Source: the human T2T-CHM13v2.0 reference genome, Homo sapiens. From it: a stretch of DNA of 64,000 nt. Positions 15,540-35,903 of the stretch are shown here, piece by piece; the first letter of the stretch is position 1; each line of letters opens with the position of its first letter. A model generated the notes under the pieces. The model was not told the DNA's origin. It searched no databases and saw only the letters and a list, made by a program, of their open reading frames with translations. Location of the stretch: NCBI RefSeq assembly GCF_009914755.1, contig NC_060928.1; one strand, 5' to 3'. A program made the position numbers and the translations under genes.

Positions 15540-16042
15540 GCCTCCCAAAGTGCTGGGATTACAGGTGTGAGCTACCGTGCCCGGCCAGGTCTAAATATTT
15601 GTAACGAACTGTTAAATAAAATATGTTCTACCCTCACATCTTGACAAATACACTTTTATAATAACCTGGAAGGGCAGGTTCCTATTTAGAATTCTCAGAC
15701 TTCTTGGGGTCTCCAGATTATGGAGACAGCTGGCTCCCTGGCTGCCCATCCCTGGTCTGAGGGCATTTCCTCTTTTATTTCTACCTATGCCCCATCCTAC
15801 ACTACAAAGGGCTTTGTGGACACATGTGTGGACACCTGATGCTGCATAGCTAAGCTCTAACCACACCCACTTCATAAAATGTGTGTCCCCTGGGCATCCT
15901 TAGCCATTAGGGTTGTGTACTCCAGCTGTGCAGTCTGCCCTTAGGAGGACTTAATCAGGAAAGAGAATGTACTAGCCCTGTAAATAGGCTCCAAGTGGTT
16001 TGGGCAGATAATTCTGCAGTCTAAGGCACCCAGACGTAGATG

Positions 16043-16487
16043 AATAGTATTCCATTGTATAGATCACTTTGGGTAATATGGACGTTTTAACAACTTTAAT
16101 CCTTCCAGTCCATGAGCATGAGCTATCTTTCCATTTATTTGTGTCTTCTATTTTTCTAATGATTTTTTAAATAGTTTTCAGTGTACTGATTTTTGTGTGT
16201 TGATTTTGGATCCTACAACTTTACTGTATTTGTTTATCTTAACAGTTTTTTGGTGGAGTCTCTGGGGTTTTCTATATATAAGGACACGTTATTGGCAAAC
16301 AGGTGTAATTTAACTTCTCCCTTTCCTATTTGGGGAATGTCTTTTATTTCTTTCTCTTGCCTAATTGCTGTAGCTAGGATTTCCAATACTATGTTGAATA
16401 GAGGTGGCAAGAATGGACATCTCTGCGTTGTTCTGATCTTAGAAGAAAGGCTTTCCATTTTCACTGTAGTGTATAATATTAGCTGTG
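16043..16487 (-). mobile_element. Old L1 ORF2 fragment
   Basis: Minus-strand peptide [20 protein letters not shown]...KLHLFAN matches L1 RT region. Confidence 0.85.
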
Positions 16488-17286
16488 AACAAAATCTGCA
16501 TTTTTAAACACCTGTTAGATTCTTACTGGGAGATGTTGAAGGCCTCTAAAAGTAAGAGGTAGGGTAGGGCTTTGTGTTGCTGTTCCCCCCAGACTCACTA
16601 AATGTTTGCATGTTACCTTGGTATCCAGCCCTAGATGGAATTCTGCTACCGCTGTAATCATTAGCAAGCAGGCGTGCTCTTCTTACAAGCTCAGCTCAGT
16701 CCCTTAGGCACTGTATCGGATGAGATAAGGAAAAGCTGCTGTAATAATAATACAGTGGTTTAAAGCAACAGTCCAAGGTGAATGTTCCAAGGTGGCAGGT
16801 GGTCTGCTTCATGAGCCACTCAGGGGCTCAGGTTCCTTCCAACGTGATTCTGCACTACTCTCTGGGCCTTTTGTTGTCTGCATAGCAAAGTTCTAGCCAA
16901 CCAAATGGCAAGAAGGGAACAAGAACTCAGAATAGGCATATTCATGTTCTTAAGGTGTAGGCCCAGAAATCTAGGTATACATTCTTCTACTCACATGCCA
17001 TCAGGTGAAACTTAGCCACATGAATACAGCTATCTGTTAGGTGAGCTGGATTGGGTGGTGTAGCCAAGCACCTAAGAAGAAGAGGAGAATGGACTATTTG
17101 GTAGAAAACTGGTTGTCTCCACCATTGGCACACTGCCAAGTATCTTGCAGGAAAGAATTAATCAAGGCAGATGCAATAATATTCTAGAGCCAAGTTAAGC
17201 TCACTTACTATTCAGAATAGATAGCAGAATCTTCAGGTCCAAATCAGAGCCTGAGCCACAAAGACCACTCTGAAAGATATAGATAG

Positions 17287-17680
<394 letters not shown>

Positions 17681-17704
17681 TCACACATTTTATTTTTTAA
17701 ATTT

Positions 17705-18010
<306 letters not shown>

Positions 18011-18269
18011 TTAAACATCGCACATTTTGCCAACTGAAAACTATTTCTATCATTTTAAAAGTATATTAACAACTAGTACATTGAGATAGCAATAGTCAAA
18101 CCACTTGTAACAGGTCCTCTGGAATGTGGAGACCTGAGAAAAACATTTCAAACCTATCCTGGAGAGTATATTCCTGATTAGGGCACTTCAAATGCTAAAT
18201 TCCTATTTCTAGATTAAAAGTAACAAACACGCATATATCACATTGTCCAGGCCCTTGATGCATATTGAA

Positions 18270-18350
18270 AACATTCACACCACACACATACACTCACATA
18301 CACATGCACACACGCAAACACGTGTGTGCACATACACACACATGCACACA
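18270..18350. repeat. Imperfect (CA)n tract
   Basis: Directly visible. Confidence 0.85.
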
Positions 18351-19035
18351 GGAAATACAGAAAACTATGCACCAAAATAGAGATGATTATTATCACGTAG
18401 GGTCTATTTTGTGCAGGTATCAACATATAAATATTCCCAGAGGAATTTCATAATTCAGGATTTCGTGAAGATGACAAAAGAAGAATGACTGCATCTATTC
18501 TGAACTTTACCCAGTTTTGGAGTCCTGATGTCAGTCACTACTTCTTACTTTCTAAGGCACTGATGGTAACAATTAACTTCTGTGGCCAAAGGACTATTTC
18601 CAGGATGGCCTGGATCCTCTTTTTGCCATCCCACACTGCTCTCACACCACACTGTCTGAGATGTCTACTTCCTGCATCTGGGCCCTTATTATAAATGAAA
18701 GTAGTTCTTTGCTTTGGTCCTGGCTCAAAATATAGCCCTCAACTACTGAGTCTTTAGCAATTCCTTTGCATCTGATTGCAGATGCAATTGAAAATTGCAA
18801 CATAACTGCAATTGCCTTGCCTGTGAAAAGGCAATATAACTGACGGTTGAAAGCGAAGATTCTTTTCAGTTCCCTCAACTGAATAATGAGTTCGCAGATG
18901 TAAAGTGCTTAGGACAGCACCTGGCATGTAGTAAGTAGCACTCTGTGGGTACCGGCTGTTATCATTTCTCTATTATCTGTTTCTCCTGACAGACCTGTAG
19001 ATAGTGGAACTTTGAATCTTCTTCACTTTATTTTA

Positions 19036-19354
19036 TTGTTTTAATTAATTAATTAATTAATTAATTTTTTTTTAAAGACAGAGTCTTACTCTGTTGTCCT
19101 GGTTGGAGTATAGTTAAGCAATCATAGCTCACTGTAACCTCAAACAACTGAGCTCAAGCAATCTTCCTGCTTCAGCCTCCCAAGTAGCTAGGACTACAGG
19201 CATGCATCACCTCACCCAGCGAATTTTTAAATTTTTGTAGAAATGAGGTCTTGCTATGTTGTCCAGGTTGGTCTTGAAACCCTGACTGCAACGGATCATC
19301 CTGCCTTGGCCTCCCAAAGCTCTGGCATTACAGGTGTGAGCCACTGTGCCTGGC
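19036..19354 (-). mobile_element. AluJ with (TAAT)n tail
   Basis: Full Alu; TSD CACTTTATTTTA. Confidence 0.9.
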
Positions 19355-19622
19355 TTCCACTTTATTTTAAGAAGGAAACCACAGGTAAATATTCTTACAC
19401 TTTTATCACTCTTGACACTACCCTTCCACTAGGTAACTGCAGGAACAGGGTCAGATGACTGCTGGGGTTGTTTTGAAACTTGACATGATTAAGCCTGTGA
19501 TGCCAGGATAAAAAAAAATTACTTTTCTCTTGCCTTTTATCTGTTGTCTGTCTTTTAGACATTTAACTATCAGTCTTCCTACATAAAGGAATAAATGGGG
19601 TAAAAAAAAAAAAAAAAAAGAG

Positions 19623-25047
<5,425 letters not shown>

Positions 25048-25202
25048 GAGCAATAATTTTTTAAAAGAAAAAAGTGCTCAGTGGGCAGCTTTTGAAAGAA
25101 AGTCTAAAAGAGAGTTCCCCACCTCCTGTGCATTAAGTTTATCTACATACTTACCTGTTCTCTTTAATAACTGTAGTTTTTGCTGGTGTTTAAATATTCT
25201 AA

Positions 25203-27063
25203 GAACTACATCTCCCAGCATGTGTGGCAGAGTGGTGGCCTCTGTGCACCATCTGCACCCGTCAGAGGCGACAATGCAGTGGGCTGTGAGCACGGTGGCC
25301 AATCGGGGTTTTCTCCTGCAGGCATTCCCTCCTGCCTTGTGTCATCTGCTTAGTTGTGCACAGACCGAGATACGTGGTGGTGACCCGGTGAAGCTGATGC
25401 AGAGTCTAGTGGTTGGAGACACTGCAGAGCTGAGGCCAAACCAGAGGACACTGTTGCTGTTTACCAATGAGGCTGGAGGCACCTTAGATGACTTGATTGT
25501 GACCAGCACTTCTGAGGGGCACCTACATGTGATGTCCAACACTGGCTGCTGGGAAAAAGACTTGGCCTTCATGCAGGACAAGGTCAGAGAACTTTAGAGG
25601 CAGGGCAGAGATGTGGGTCTGGAGGTAGTGGATACTGCCCTGCTAGCCCTGAAAGGGCCCCCTGTGGCCCAGGTGCTACAGGCCAGCACGGCAGCTGACC
25701 TGAGGAAACTGCCTTCATGACTAGTGCTGTGATGGAGGTGTTTGACGTGTCTGGCCGCCACCTTACACACTGTGGCTGCACAGGAGAGAATGGTGTGGAC
25801 ATCTTGGTGCCAGCAGCGGGGGCAGTTCACCCGGCATCAGCTCTTCTGGAAAACCCAGAGGCAAAGCTGGCAGTGCTGGCAGCTTGCGCCTGGAGGCAGG
25901 CCTCCGGCTGTACAGGAGTGACACTGATGAACACACTACCCCTGTGGAGGGCAGCCTCAGTTGGACATTGGGGAAGTGCCACTGAGCTGCTCTCGACTTC
26001 CCTGGAGCCAAGGTCATTGTTCCCCAGCTGAAGGGAAAGTGCAGTGGAGGCGTGTGGGGTTGATGTGTGAGGGGGCCCTGATGCAGGCACACAGTCCCAC
26101 CTGAGCATGGAGGGCCCATGATTGGTACTGTGACCAGTGGCTGTCCCTTGCCCTACCTGAAGAAGACTGTGGCAATGAGTTACATGCCCTGCCAGTAGTC
26201 AGCCAGGGATAATGCTGCTGGTAGAGGTGCGGCAGAAGCAGCAGATGGGCGCAGTCAGCAAGATGCCCTTTGCGCCCATGAACTGCTCTACCCTCATGTG
26301 AGGATGGCTCAGGGCAGGACCATCCCCTCCAGAAGTCTTGCCCTAGAGGGCATTCTACAAGGGCTTAGGCAGGAAGCTGAGGCAGAACTCACTGGGGGTG
26401 GGCAGCTAAGGGGCAGGTTGGTTTTAGTTGTCTGGTTAAGGGGGCCATACCACCTACTCTCTCCACCCAACCCATGGCCACTCCAGCTCCAGGACCCTGT
26501 TTCTGAGCGACAGACCAGCCATTCAATGTCTTCTTTCGGTCCATGATCCCACTGACCCACTCTAGCCTGATGGAGGGAAATGAGCAGCTCTGGTTCTGCT
26601 ATCTCTCCCACTCTGCCAGGTGCTGGCTGTGGCACAAAGGCTCGCCTTTGTGGGGAGGATAAAACCTGCCCAACCTGCCTCACCTTGGTTATTCGCATTG
26701 CAAGGAGTCATTACCATGGGCAATATGGGCTCAGGCCACTCCTTCCAGTTTGCTTTCCATAAATGCAAACTGTCCCTACCGTGAGTCAGGAATGACTCCT
26801 GACTCACAGTGGGGCTGCTGTAAACTTGGGGATGGTTGAGGGAACACAGACACAGTCTTCCATGCTCCCCAGGTGGTCCAGCCTGCTGCCCAGAAGCAAA
26901 CCATGGCAGGCTCACCACCGGTTCTATGCCGCAGGGCTGTTGTAGGACAGGCTGGGCTTTCTCCTGGACTCACCTTACCCTGGGCTGACCTTTGCCCCTG
27001 GTATCCAATAATGGCCTCCACTAAATCCTGAAAAAAAAATTAAACACACTTCCTTCTTAAAAA
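25203..27063 (+). pseudogene. Processed pseudogene of AMT (aminomethyltransferase, glycine cleavage T protein)
   Basis: Intronless homology: MQWAVSTVA.. from ATG 25274, [36 protein letters not shown], stop 26299-26301; premature TAG 25595, frameshifts; 3'UTR with ATTAAA 27039; TSD TAAATATTCTAA 25191-25202/27064-27075. Confidence 0.93.
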
Positions 27064-27088
27064 TAAATATTCTAAAAGTTCTGAGGAA

Positions 27089-27401
<313 letters not shown>

Positions 27402-27570
27402 TAACTCAGGTTTATTTACAAAGAAAATGTATGACAGACCTTATGTAGTTCTGGGCCGCGAAGCTGCCTCAATGAACTCTCCATCTATTGAGCTTATGGT
27501 AAATGTTCCACCATCTTACTGGAATCCACACTAACGGCCAAAGAATATGTAGACTCGAAAGTATGTATGC

Positions 27571-27869
<299 letters not shown>

Positions 27870-28509
27870 AAAAGTATGTATGCTTTACAAAATATTACAC
27901 TTACATTAACACACCTGATTCTATCCTGAAGTAGAGCCAAAAGTCTCTGTAATCTGTTTAATAGATTCAAAATAGTAGGGAGAAAATCTGAGCAAATCAT
28001 CGTACTGTTTTGTTGTCCTCCCTCCCAAACAATGCAGCAGCTGAGTGGTGGCTGGATTGCCAGATTCTGGGGGTGCTGGTTTGCCCAGTATTTTCATAGT
28101 TGAGTGCAGATACTCCCATGCCCTGGCAAACCAGGAGGTTTGCTCACCCTAGCTGGGGGATAAGCAGGCCTTACGTGCCCACCTAGGAAGGTCTGAGTTT
28201 ATCAGTACAGTAGCATCATGAACAAACAGCCACCAGGTACAGCTTCCTAGAAGCCTCTTTCCTCAGAGAAGAAAAGACAAGATAATCATCCCCCTTAAAA
28301 TGGCAGATTTGCCACTGGATCCAGTTGCCTTGTGTTTTCCTCATCACTCACACTGTGGTGGGTGTCAGCTGGAGTTCCAGGCCCTCCAGACCAGGGTTGA
28401 GGGTTTTTTCACCTTGTACCCCAAGGAGGCAAAATAGAGTAACAGTCAAGAGTGGAGGCTGCGACTCCTGACCACCTACGGTCAAATCGCTGCTCTGCGC
28501 CTTCCTTAG

Positions 28510-30010
28510 GAGTGGTGGCTTTATAATTGTCAACTTGGCTAGACTGAACTACATGTCCCACAGTTCTTCTGCCTGCATGGCTCTGGTTAGGGTGGGCCAC
28601 CAGAGACATTCTTCAATCAAGACCCTCTGCATCTGTAAATTTATTAAGTCTGAAAACTGGGTAAAAGGCTGTGACTTTTTACTATGATGATGCAAGCTAC
28701 ATTTTTGACTACCCATCCATTTTGTTCCTAGGAACACTATGATCAATTACCACCACAGATCTTTGTGAGCTAAGGCAACTGGTTAGCACTATGTTCCTGC
28801 TGCCCTGTATTGTAAATATGTCCACGCTTCTTGTCTTTGGTGGTTAAATGCAGTCACTTTGACTCTGCCTCTCTGGGATTCCATCATCCCCATTGAAATC
28901 AGGAAGCCTCTCTCAATGGTCGCATTCTTTACAGCCACACGTAGCCTGCAAAGGAGACACCCACAGAGCTTTTCCAGTCTGCTGGTGCCTTAGTGCAGGG
29001 AGTTGTCTCCTGACTCTTTTCCTGGAACATGCTGGGGGCTGGGCATGCAGTTTGCACATGGTAAATCCAGTCCCATTTGCCTATCGCCCTAAGCCTTTGG
29101 AGTCTCTCTTCCATATTGTGACAGGAAAGCTGTCTAGTTAAAGTGCGCTCATAGGAATGAAGTTAGCCTGCTCTAGTGTTCTATCCCACTATTCTCATTC
29201 GAACATCTTTAGGATGTACTTCCACACATGTTCCCCAGGTCTCTGAAGATACACATTAGAAAAGTGTGGCAATTCTTTTGGCGTATAAACTATTTCTTGC
29301 TGGGTCATGGTGGATCCCTGTCCTACTGGAACTTGCTGAGCTTTGGCAATAATCATGAGTCTAGTGGCAACAAGGGGTGGTTGTGGTAGATTTAGAGAAT
29401 GAGTAACTCCTTTTAAGGCATCTGTCCCCAGATGAGCTTAACACAGATATTTAAGCAGAGGAAGGCTAGTCTTCTACCAAGAGCAAGCTACTTCCACAGG
29501 AGAGGGAAGCTCAAAACTATACATTCAACTATTGTTGTAAGTCAGCAATCCACACTCTTAAATTTTATGTTTAATTTTTTAGCAATATCAGCCCTCTGGC
29601 TGTGAGCAATAAAAGATTCTTTTAGGGCTATCCTCAAAGCTCTGTCGTCCTCTAACAATGACTTGAGCTCAGAGTTAAAGGATTTGGGTTTGTCATTTTT
29701 CTGTTACTACTCAAGTATGCTCAGAAAAATCTGTCCCACAGTACATTCCTTACAGGCATCATGTACTGCCGTAACAGTTAGTTGCAACTGCCATTTGGGC
29801 TCCTAAGACACTTGCTTTGGTTACAACTTCATTACAATTAGCCACAAGTGCTAGCTTGATGTGTGATGTCCCTGCATGCCACAGGTCACTAGCTTCCCAT
29901 TTCCCATTGCTAAGGAGTTCAGCACTGTGCTGAACTCCAAGGACAGGGTCAGCCCTCAAATCCCACCTCCGCAGGTCTATCTCCTAGGACTACTCCCAGC
30001 ACCATTTTGT
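28510..30010 (-). mobile_element. Degenerate ERVL/MaLR internal (gag-like) sequence
   Basis: Minus-strand peptide LQRLRAIGKWDWIYHV resembles ERVL gag remnants; MLT2-like TGTCAACTTG motif at 28529. Confidence 0.5.
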
Positions 30011-30593
30011 GGCAGTTGGATTCTGTACTAGTCCAGAATCGGAGTATAATTTGAACAGGGAAAGTTTAATAAATAGTATTAACTAGAGGAGGGGAATAAC
30101 TAAAAGGGGTAAGCAGAATGCTAAAGAGTACTCTAGAGCTGAGAAAAATACTTGAGGAAGAAGCAAACTTGGAAGGGATTCCTCTGGTCAAGCTGGAATT
30201 CAAGCTCTGCTGGAGAAGGTGTGGCTGCAGTCCACTGGAGGGTGGACAAGTTTGCTGGGTTGATCCAGGCCAGAGCCAGTCTAAGTCACTGGACAGGCAG
30301 GTAATATTCTTCTAGGGAGCAGGGGGACGGAGGCTGGCCAGAAAACCACAGTTAGGACTACCAAGTGGGAAACATGTCTCTGGGATGCACGTGAGAAGGT
30401 TGGCAAACCACTCCGAGGTGTAGGAGAGGGCTGAGGCTAGTGGATGGACCTGTGCAGGGATTGAGGGCATCAAGAACCCCTTTACTGACTGCTTGTCATG
30501 AAGCCTGGTGTTAGGAGGGCTGCATGCAGCCAGGTGGTCACAGAACTGGAGCTGGTGGCTTGCCAAGGGACTGTGCCCTCTCTGTGCACACTG

Positions 30594-30968
30594 GTATGTT
30601 AGTTTGCTAGGTCTCCCACAACAAAATACCACAGACTGGGGGGCTTCAACAACAGAAATGTATTTCCTCACAATCTGCAGCTAGAAGTCCAAGATCAAGG
30701 TGTTGGCAGGGCTGGTTACTTCTAGGGGCATCTTTCCTTGGCTTGTCTTCCACCAGTGCCTTCACATGTTTCCTTTTGTGGGAGTCTGTGTCCTCAACTC
30801 CTCTTCTTGTAAGGACACCAGGCATATCAAATTAGGGCCCACACTAGTAATCTCATTTAACCTTAATAACCTCTTTAAAGACCCTATCTCCAAATACAGT
30901 CACATTCTGAGGTATTGCAGGTTAGGATGTCAACATGAATTTGGGGGGACACAATTTAGCCTGCAATA
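30594..30968 (-). mobile_element. MaLR LTR (MLT1A/B-like)
   Basis: ACAAAATACCACAGACTGGG..GAAGTCCAAGATCAAGGTG..GACCCTATCTCCAAATACAGTCACATTCTGAGG. Confidence 0.8.
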
Positions 30969-32079
30969 GTTGGGGAGGAGCATTACTGGATGTCCCTGCC
31001 ATATGTTGCTTACAGCCAGGAGCAGAAGCAAGAAGCAAATGGAAACACGCCCGACCAGGAAGAAGCCCTTTCCTCCTGCAGGGTCCCTCCAGCGCCCTCT
31101 ACTGAAAAAGTCTGACATCCCACTCACTGCAAAGGAGAAAAGTCTACAGGATTCAACTCCACTATTGCAGAGTAGATAATGAAGGACGGATTTAGAGCTG
31201 AGAGGCAATAAATTAATAACAAGCACACTGGTTCTTCAGCTTTCCCAGCATTTCTGTGAGTTTTCTAATGTCCTCCAGAGAAAATGTGTGCCTAAACTGA
31301 CCGGTTTACAACTGAGAACACTGGCAAATTTGCAGTTTCCCACTTTTTTTTTTTTTTTGACAGTAGTTATGCATTATGGTACCTTCAAGTTCTCATTTTG
31401 GGAGGGATAAACGAATTTTCCCTGGAATTTTACTATTATGATAAGTATAAATTAAAATTATCTCCATTTAACGTGGCATGGTAATGGGCTATGGAAGCAA
31501 GAGCAGAAATCTAGCTTTCCTGTTGTTCCTTGTATCTGCCTGGTTCATCCCTGTTTCAAGGCTGATACACTTGCTTTTCCTTCTTCCTGGAACTCTCTTC
31601 CGTCAGGTATTCACATAGCTCCATCACATCAATTAAACCTCTGTTCAACTGTCACTTGGAAATCCTTCCTTAGTACTCTATCAAAAATAGCCTCCTTTCC
31701 CCATAACTCTCTTTCACCAGGCTTTAGTTTTCTTTATAACAACTTACCACTACATTATATTATTTAAAGTAGCCTATGCACTTATTTACCTACAGAGTTA
31801 CTCACTTATTAAAATGCAAGTTCTAGGAGGGTAGGGATATGTCTTGTTCACTGAGGTATCCTCAGAACCTAGAATAGTGTATGGCATATAATAGGTACTT
31901 GATAAATATTGATTAAGTGAAGGGCTGTAGGTTTCAGAAAAGAGTTGGTTTTTCCAGAACACAACTCCATATGCAGGCATATCTACAGCAATGAAAATTT
32001 AGCCCCTAACTTAATTAGGATGGCAACAATATAATTCTGATTATTCTCACCCTAACTTGGTAAAAATGACTTTTGTTCA

Positions 32080-33010
32080 CTTTTTAAAAATTGTGGTATA
32101 GTTAGCATACAGTAAAATTCACCTTTTGTGTGTGGGTACAATCCTAAGAGTTTTGGCAAATGCCTATAACTATGTAAAACCATTGCAATCAAGATATAGA
32201 ACAGTTCCATCATCCTCCGAAATCTCCTCCTTCCCTTTTGTAGTCAGATACTCCTCTGACCTCCAGTCCCTGGCAGCCACTGGTCTGTTTTCTGTACTTA
32301 CAGTTTTGCTTTTTTCAGATTATCACACAAATGGAATCATGTAGTATATAGTTTTTTGGGTTTGCCTTCCTTCACCTAGCATAATGCATTTGAGATTCAT
32401 GCATTTTGCTACATATATCAGTTGTCTGTTCCTCTTTATTGTCGTATAGTATTTCATTATATATGTACCGTAGTTTGTTTATTCTTTCACCAGCTGAAGG
32501 ACATTAAAGCTTTTTTTTTTTCCAATTTGGGATTATAATGAATCAAGCTATTATTAACATTCATGGGCAGGTTTTTATGTGAACGTAAGTTTTCTTTCCT
32601 CATGGGTAAATACCTAGGAGTGATTTTGCTGGGTCTTATACTCAGTGCATAGTCAATGATAAGAAATTGCCAAACCAGGCCGGGTGCGGTGGCTCATGGC
32701 TGTAATCTCAGCACTTTGGGAGGCCGAGGTGGGCAAATCACTTGAGGAGTTTGGGGTGGGTGGTCCCAGCTACTTGGGAGGCTGAGGCAGAAGAATCGCT
32801 TGAACCTGGGAGGTTGGGAGGTGGAGGTTGCAGTGAGCTGAGATCACGCCACTGCATTCAAGCCTGGGTGACAGAGCAAGACTCTGACTTAAAAAAAAAA
32901 AAAAAAAAAAAGAAATTGCCAAACTGTTTTCCAAAGTGACAAAACCATTTTGCATTTCTACCAGCAATGTATAAGAGTTCCAGTTACTCTACATCTTCAC
33001 TACCACTTGC
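32080..33010 (-). mobile_element. Old L1M 3' fragment with nested Alu
   Basis: L1M 3'-end motifs (GGGTAAATACCTAGGAGT, CCAGCAATGTATAAGAGTTCCAGTT). Confidence 0.75.
32678..32911 (+). mobile_element. Alu, internally deleted
   Basis: TSD AAGAAATTGCCAAAC. Confidence 0.9.
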
Positions 33011-33373
33011 TATAATATGGGATGGCTGTGGACTATGGAAACAAGACTAGAAATCTGGCCTTCTTGTTACCCGAATCTGCTTCATTCATCCCCATGTCAA
33101 GGCTTATGCACTTGCTGTTCCAACTTCTTGAAAAACGTTCATGTGTGTAACTTCCATTCACATTTTATTTTAAAGCAGAGCCTATCTATGCACACATAAA
33201 GACCAGCTAAAAACAGAATGAAGAAAATCAGAAACATGAATACATGAATGAGAAAAAATTATAAAATTGTATCCCTTTCCTTACATTCTTCCATGTTTCA
33301 GAGATCTTAACAATTTTCAATTAGTAATTAATTGATCTGTGCTAAAAACTTTTTGATTTGTAACATGTTTTTA

Positions 33374-33727
<354 letters not shown>

Positions 33728-34157
33728 TTAGCAGTATTTAAAAAATATTGATCAGAGCCATAAACTTCCTGCAGATTCTAAAGTGTTAAAGTGTCTTTAA
33801 CACTTTCCTCTCTTCAAGGAAATGATGTAAACTGAAAGCAATTTATGTTTATGAGGCATTCCTGCAATGGGACATGACCTCTGATCCCAATAATTCTTTC
33901 CCAGATGCTGTGTTGACATTTCTACTGCTTAAGTATAAAGCAAGTAAAAGCCATGATTATTTCAGTTTGTTACTATGCCAATGCTGCCTAAGAAAAAAAT
34001 TACTAACTTGAATTTTCAAGATTGTTGAAGAGTTTTAAACGAGATAAACAAATATAAATCTAGTTAACATTTGCATGCATTACTTTCCATTTCTTTACAT
34101 GAATTTATACTTCGTTAATGGGTAGGATATCCCTAGATATATATATATATATTTTAA

Positions 34158-34465
<308 letters not shown>

Positions 34466-34636
34466 TGACACAGGTCTGAGCCACTGTAGCCAGTGGGATA
34501 TCCCTTTTAAAATTCATCTATAATTTTTACAAATTCTCCACTTTTTGTCCCCACCTTTCCCCCACCCCTCTAAACTAACACCATTTAAAAAACTCAGGCT
34601 TAGAAACTGAATGTTAAAATTGTTCTCCTGAAATAG

Positions 34637-34955
<319 letters not shown>

Positions 34956-35252
34956 TCAGCTTCCTCTTAAGTGAACAGTTCCTCATAGATGGTTTCTGGA
35001 AAGATAAATCCTTTGGAGAAGAAAAAGAGTGCTAAAAATGCCTGAAGGCAATGAATCACATACTGTGCTGTTAAAAGCTTTATATACGTGATTCATTCTA
35101 CAAATATTTTTTAAGAATTTACTATGTGCTAGGCAGTATTCCAGACACTGGAAATAAAGTATGATGATTCAAACAGAAAATATCTGTGCCCTCATGAAGT
35201 TAGGTTCTTGTTAGTGAGGACACACAACAAAGAAAATAAGTAAAACAAATTA

Positions 35253-35903
35253 CAGTCATGTGCTACACAGCAATGTTATAGTCAATGATGGACCACATAT
35301 AGGACAATGGTTCCATAAGATTATATTGTATTTTCACTGTACCTTTTCTGTGTTTCTTTCTTTTTTTTTTTTTTTAGACAAGTTCTCACTCTGTTGCCCA
35401 AACTGGAGTGCAGTGGCGCGATCACTGCAGCCTCTACCTCTTGTGTTCAAGTAATCCTCCCACTTCAGCCTCCCAAGTAGCTGGGACTACAGCTATGTGC
35501 CACCACACCCGGCTAATTTTTGTATTTTTTGTAGAGATGGGGTTTAGTCATGTTGCCTGGGCTGGTCTTGAACTTCTGGGTTCAAGTGATCCTCCTGCCC
35601 TGGCCTCCCAAAGTGGTGGGATTACAGGTGTGAGCCACCACACCTAGCCCTTTTCTGTGTTTAAATATGTTTAGATTCACAAATACTTACCATTGTGTTA
35701 CAATTACCTACAGCATGAAGTACAGTATGCTACGCAGGTTTGTAGCCTAGGGGCAATAGACTATATACCACATAGCCTAGGTGTGTAGTAGGCTAGACAA
35801 TCTAGGTTTGTGTACATGAACTCTATAATGTCTGCACAGGGATGAAATTGGCTAATGATGCATTTCTCAGAAAGTATCTCCATCTGTAAGTGACATATGA
35901 CTG
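35253..35903. mobile_element. Tigger3a-like DNA transposon with nested Alu
   Basis: TIRs CAGTCATG.../...ATATGACTG with TA target duplication. Confidence 0.85.
35355..35649 (-). mobile_element. AluJ inside Tigger3
   Basis: TSD CCTTTTCTGTGTTT. Confidence 0.9.

Noticed and set aside
25220-26301. Functional AMT paralog
   Set aside because: Premature TAG at 25595, frameshifts, missing exon 2, CpG decay
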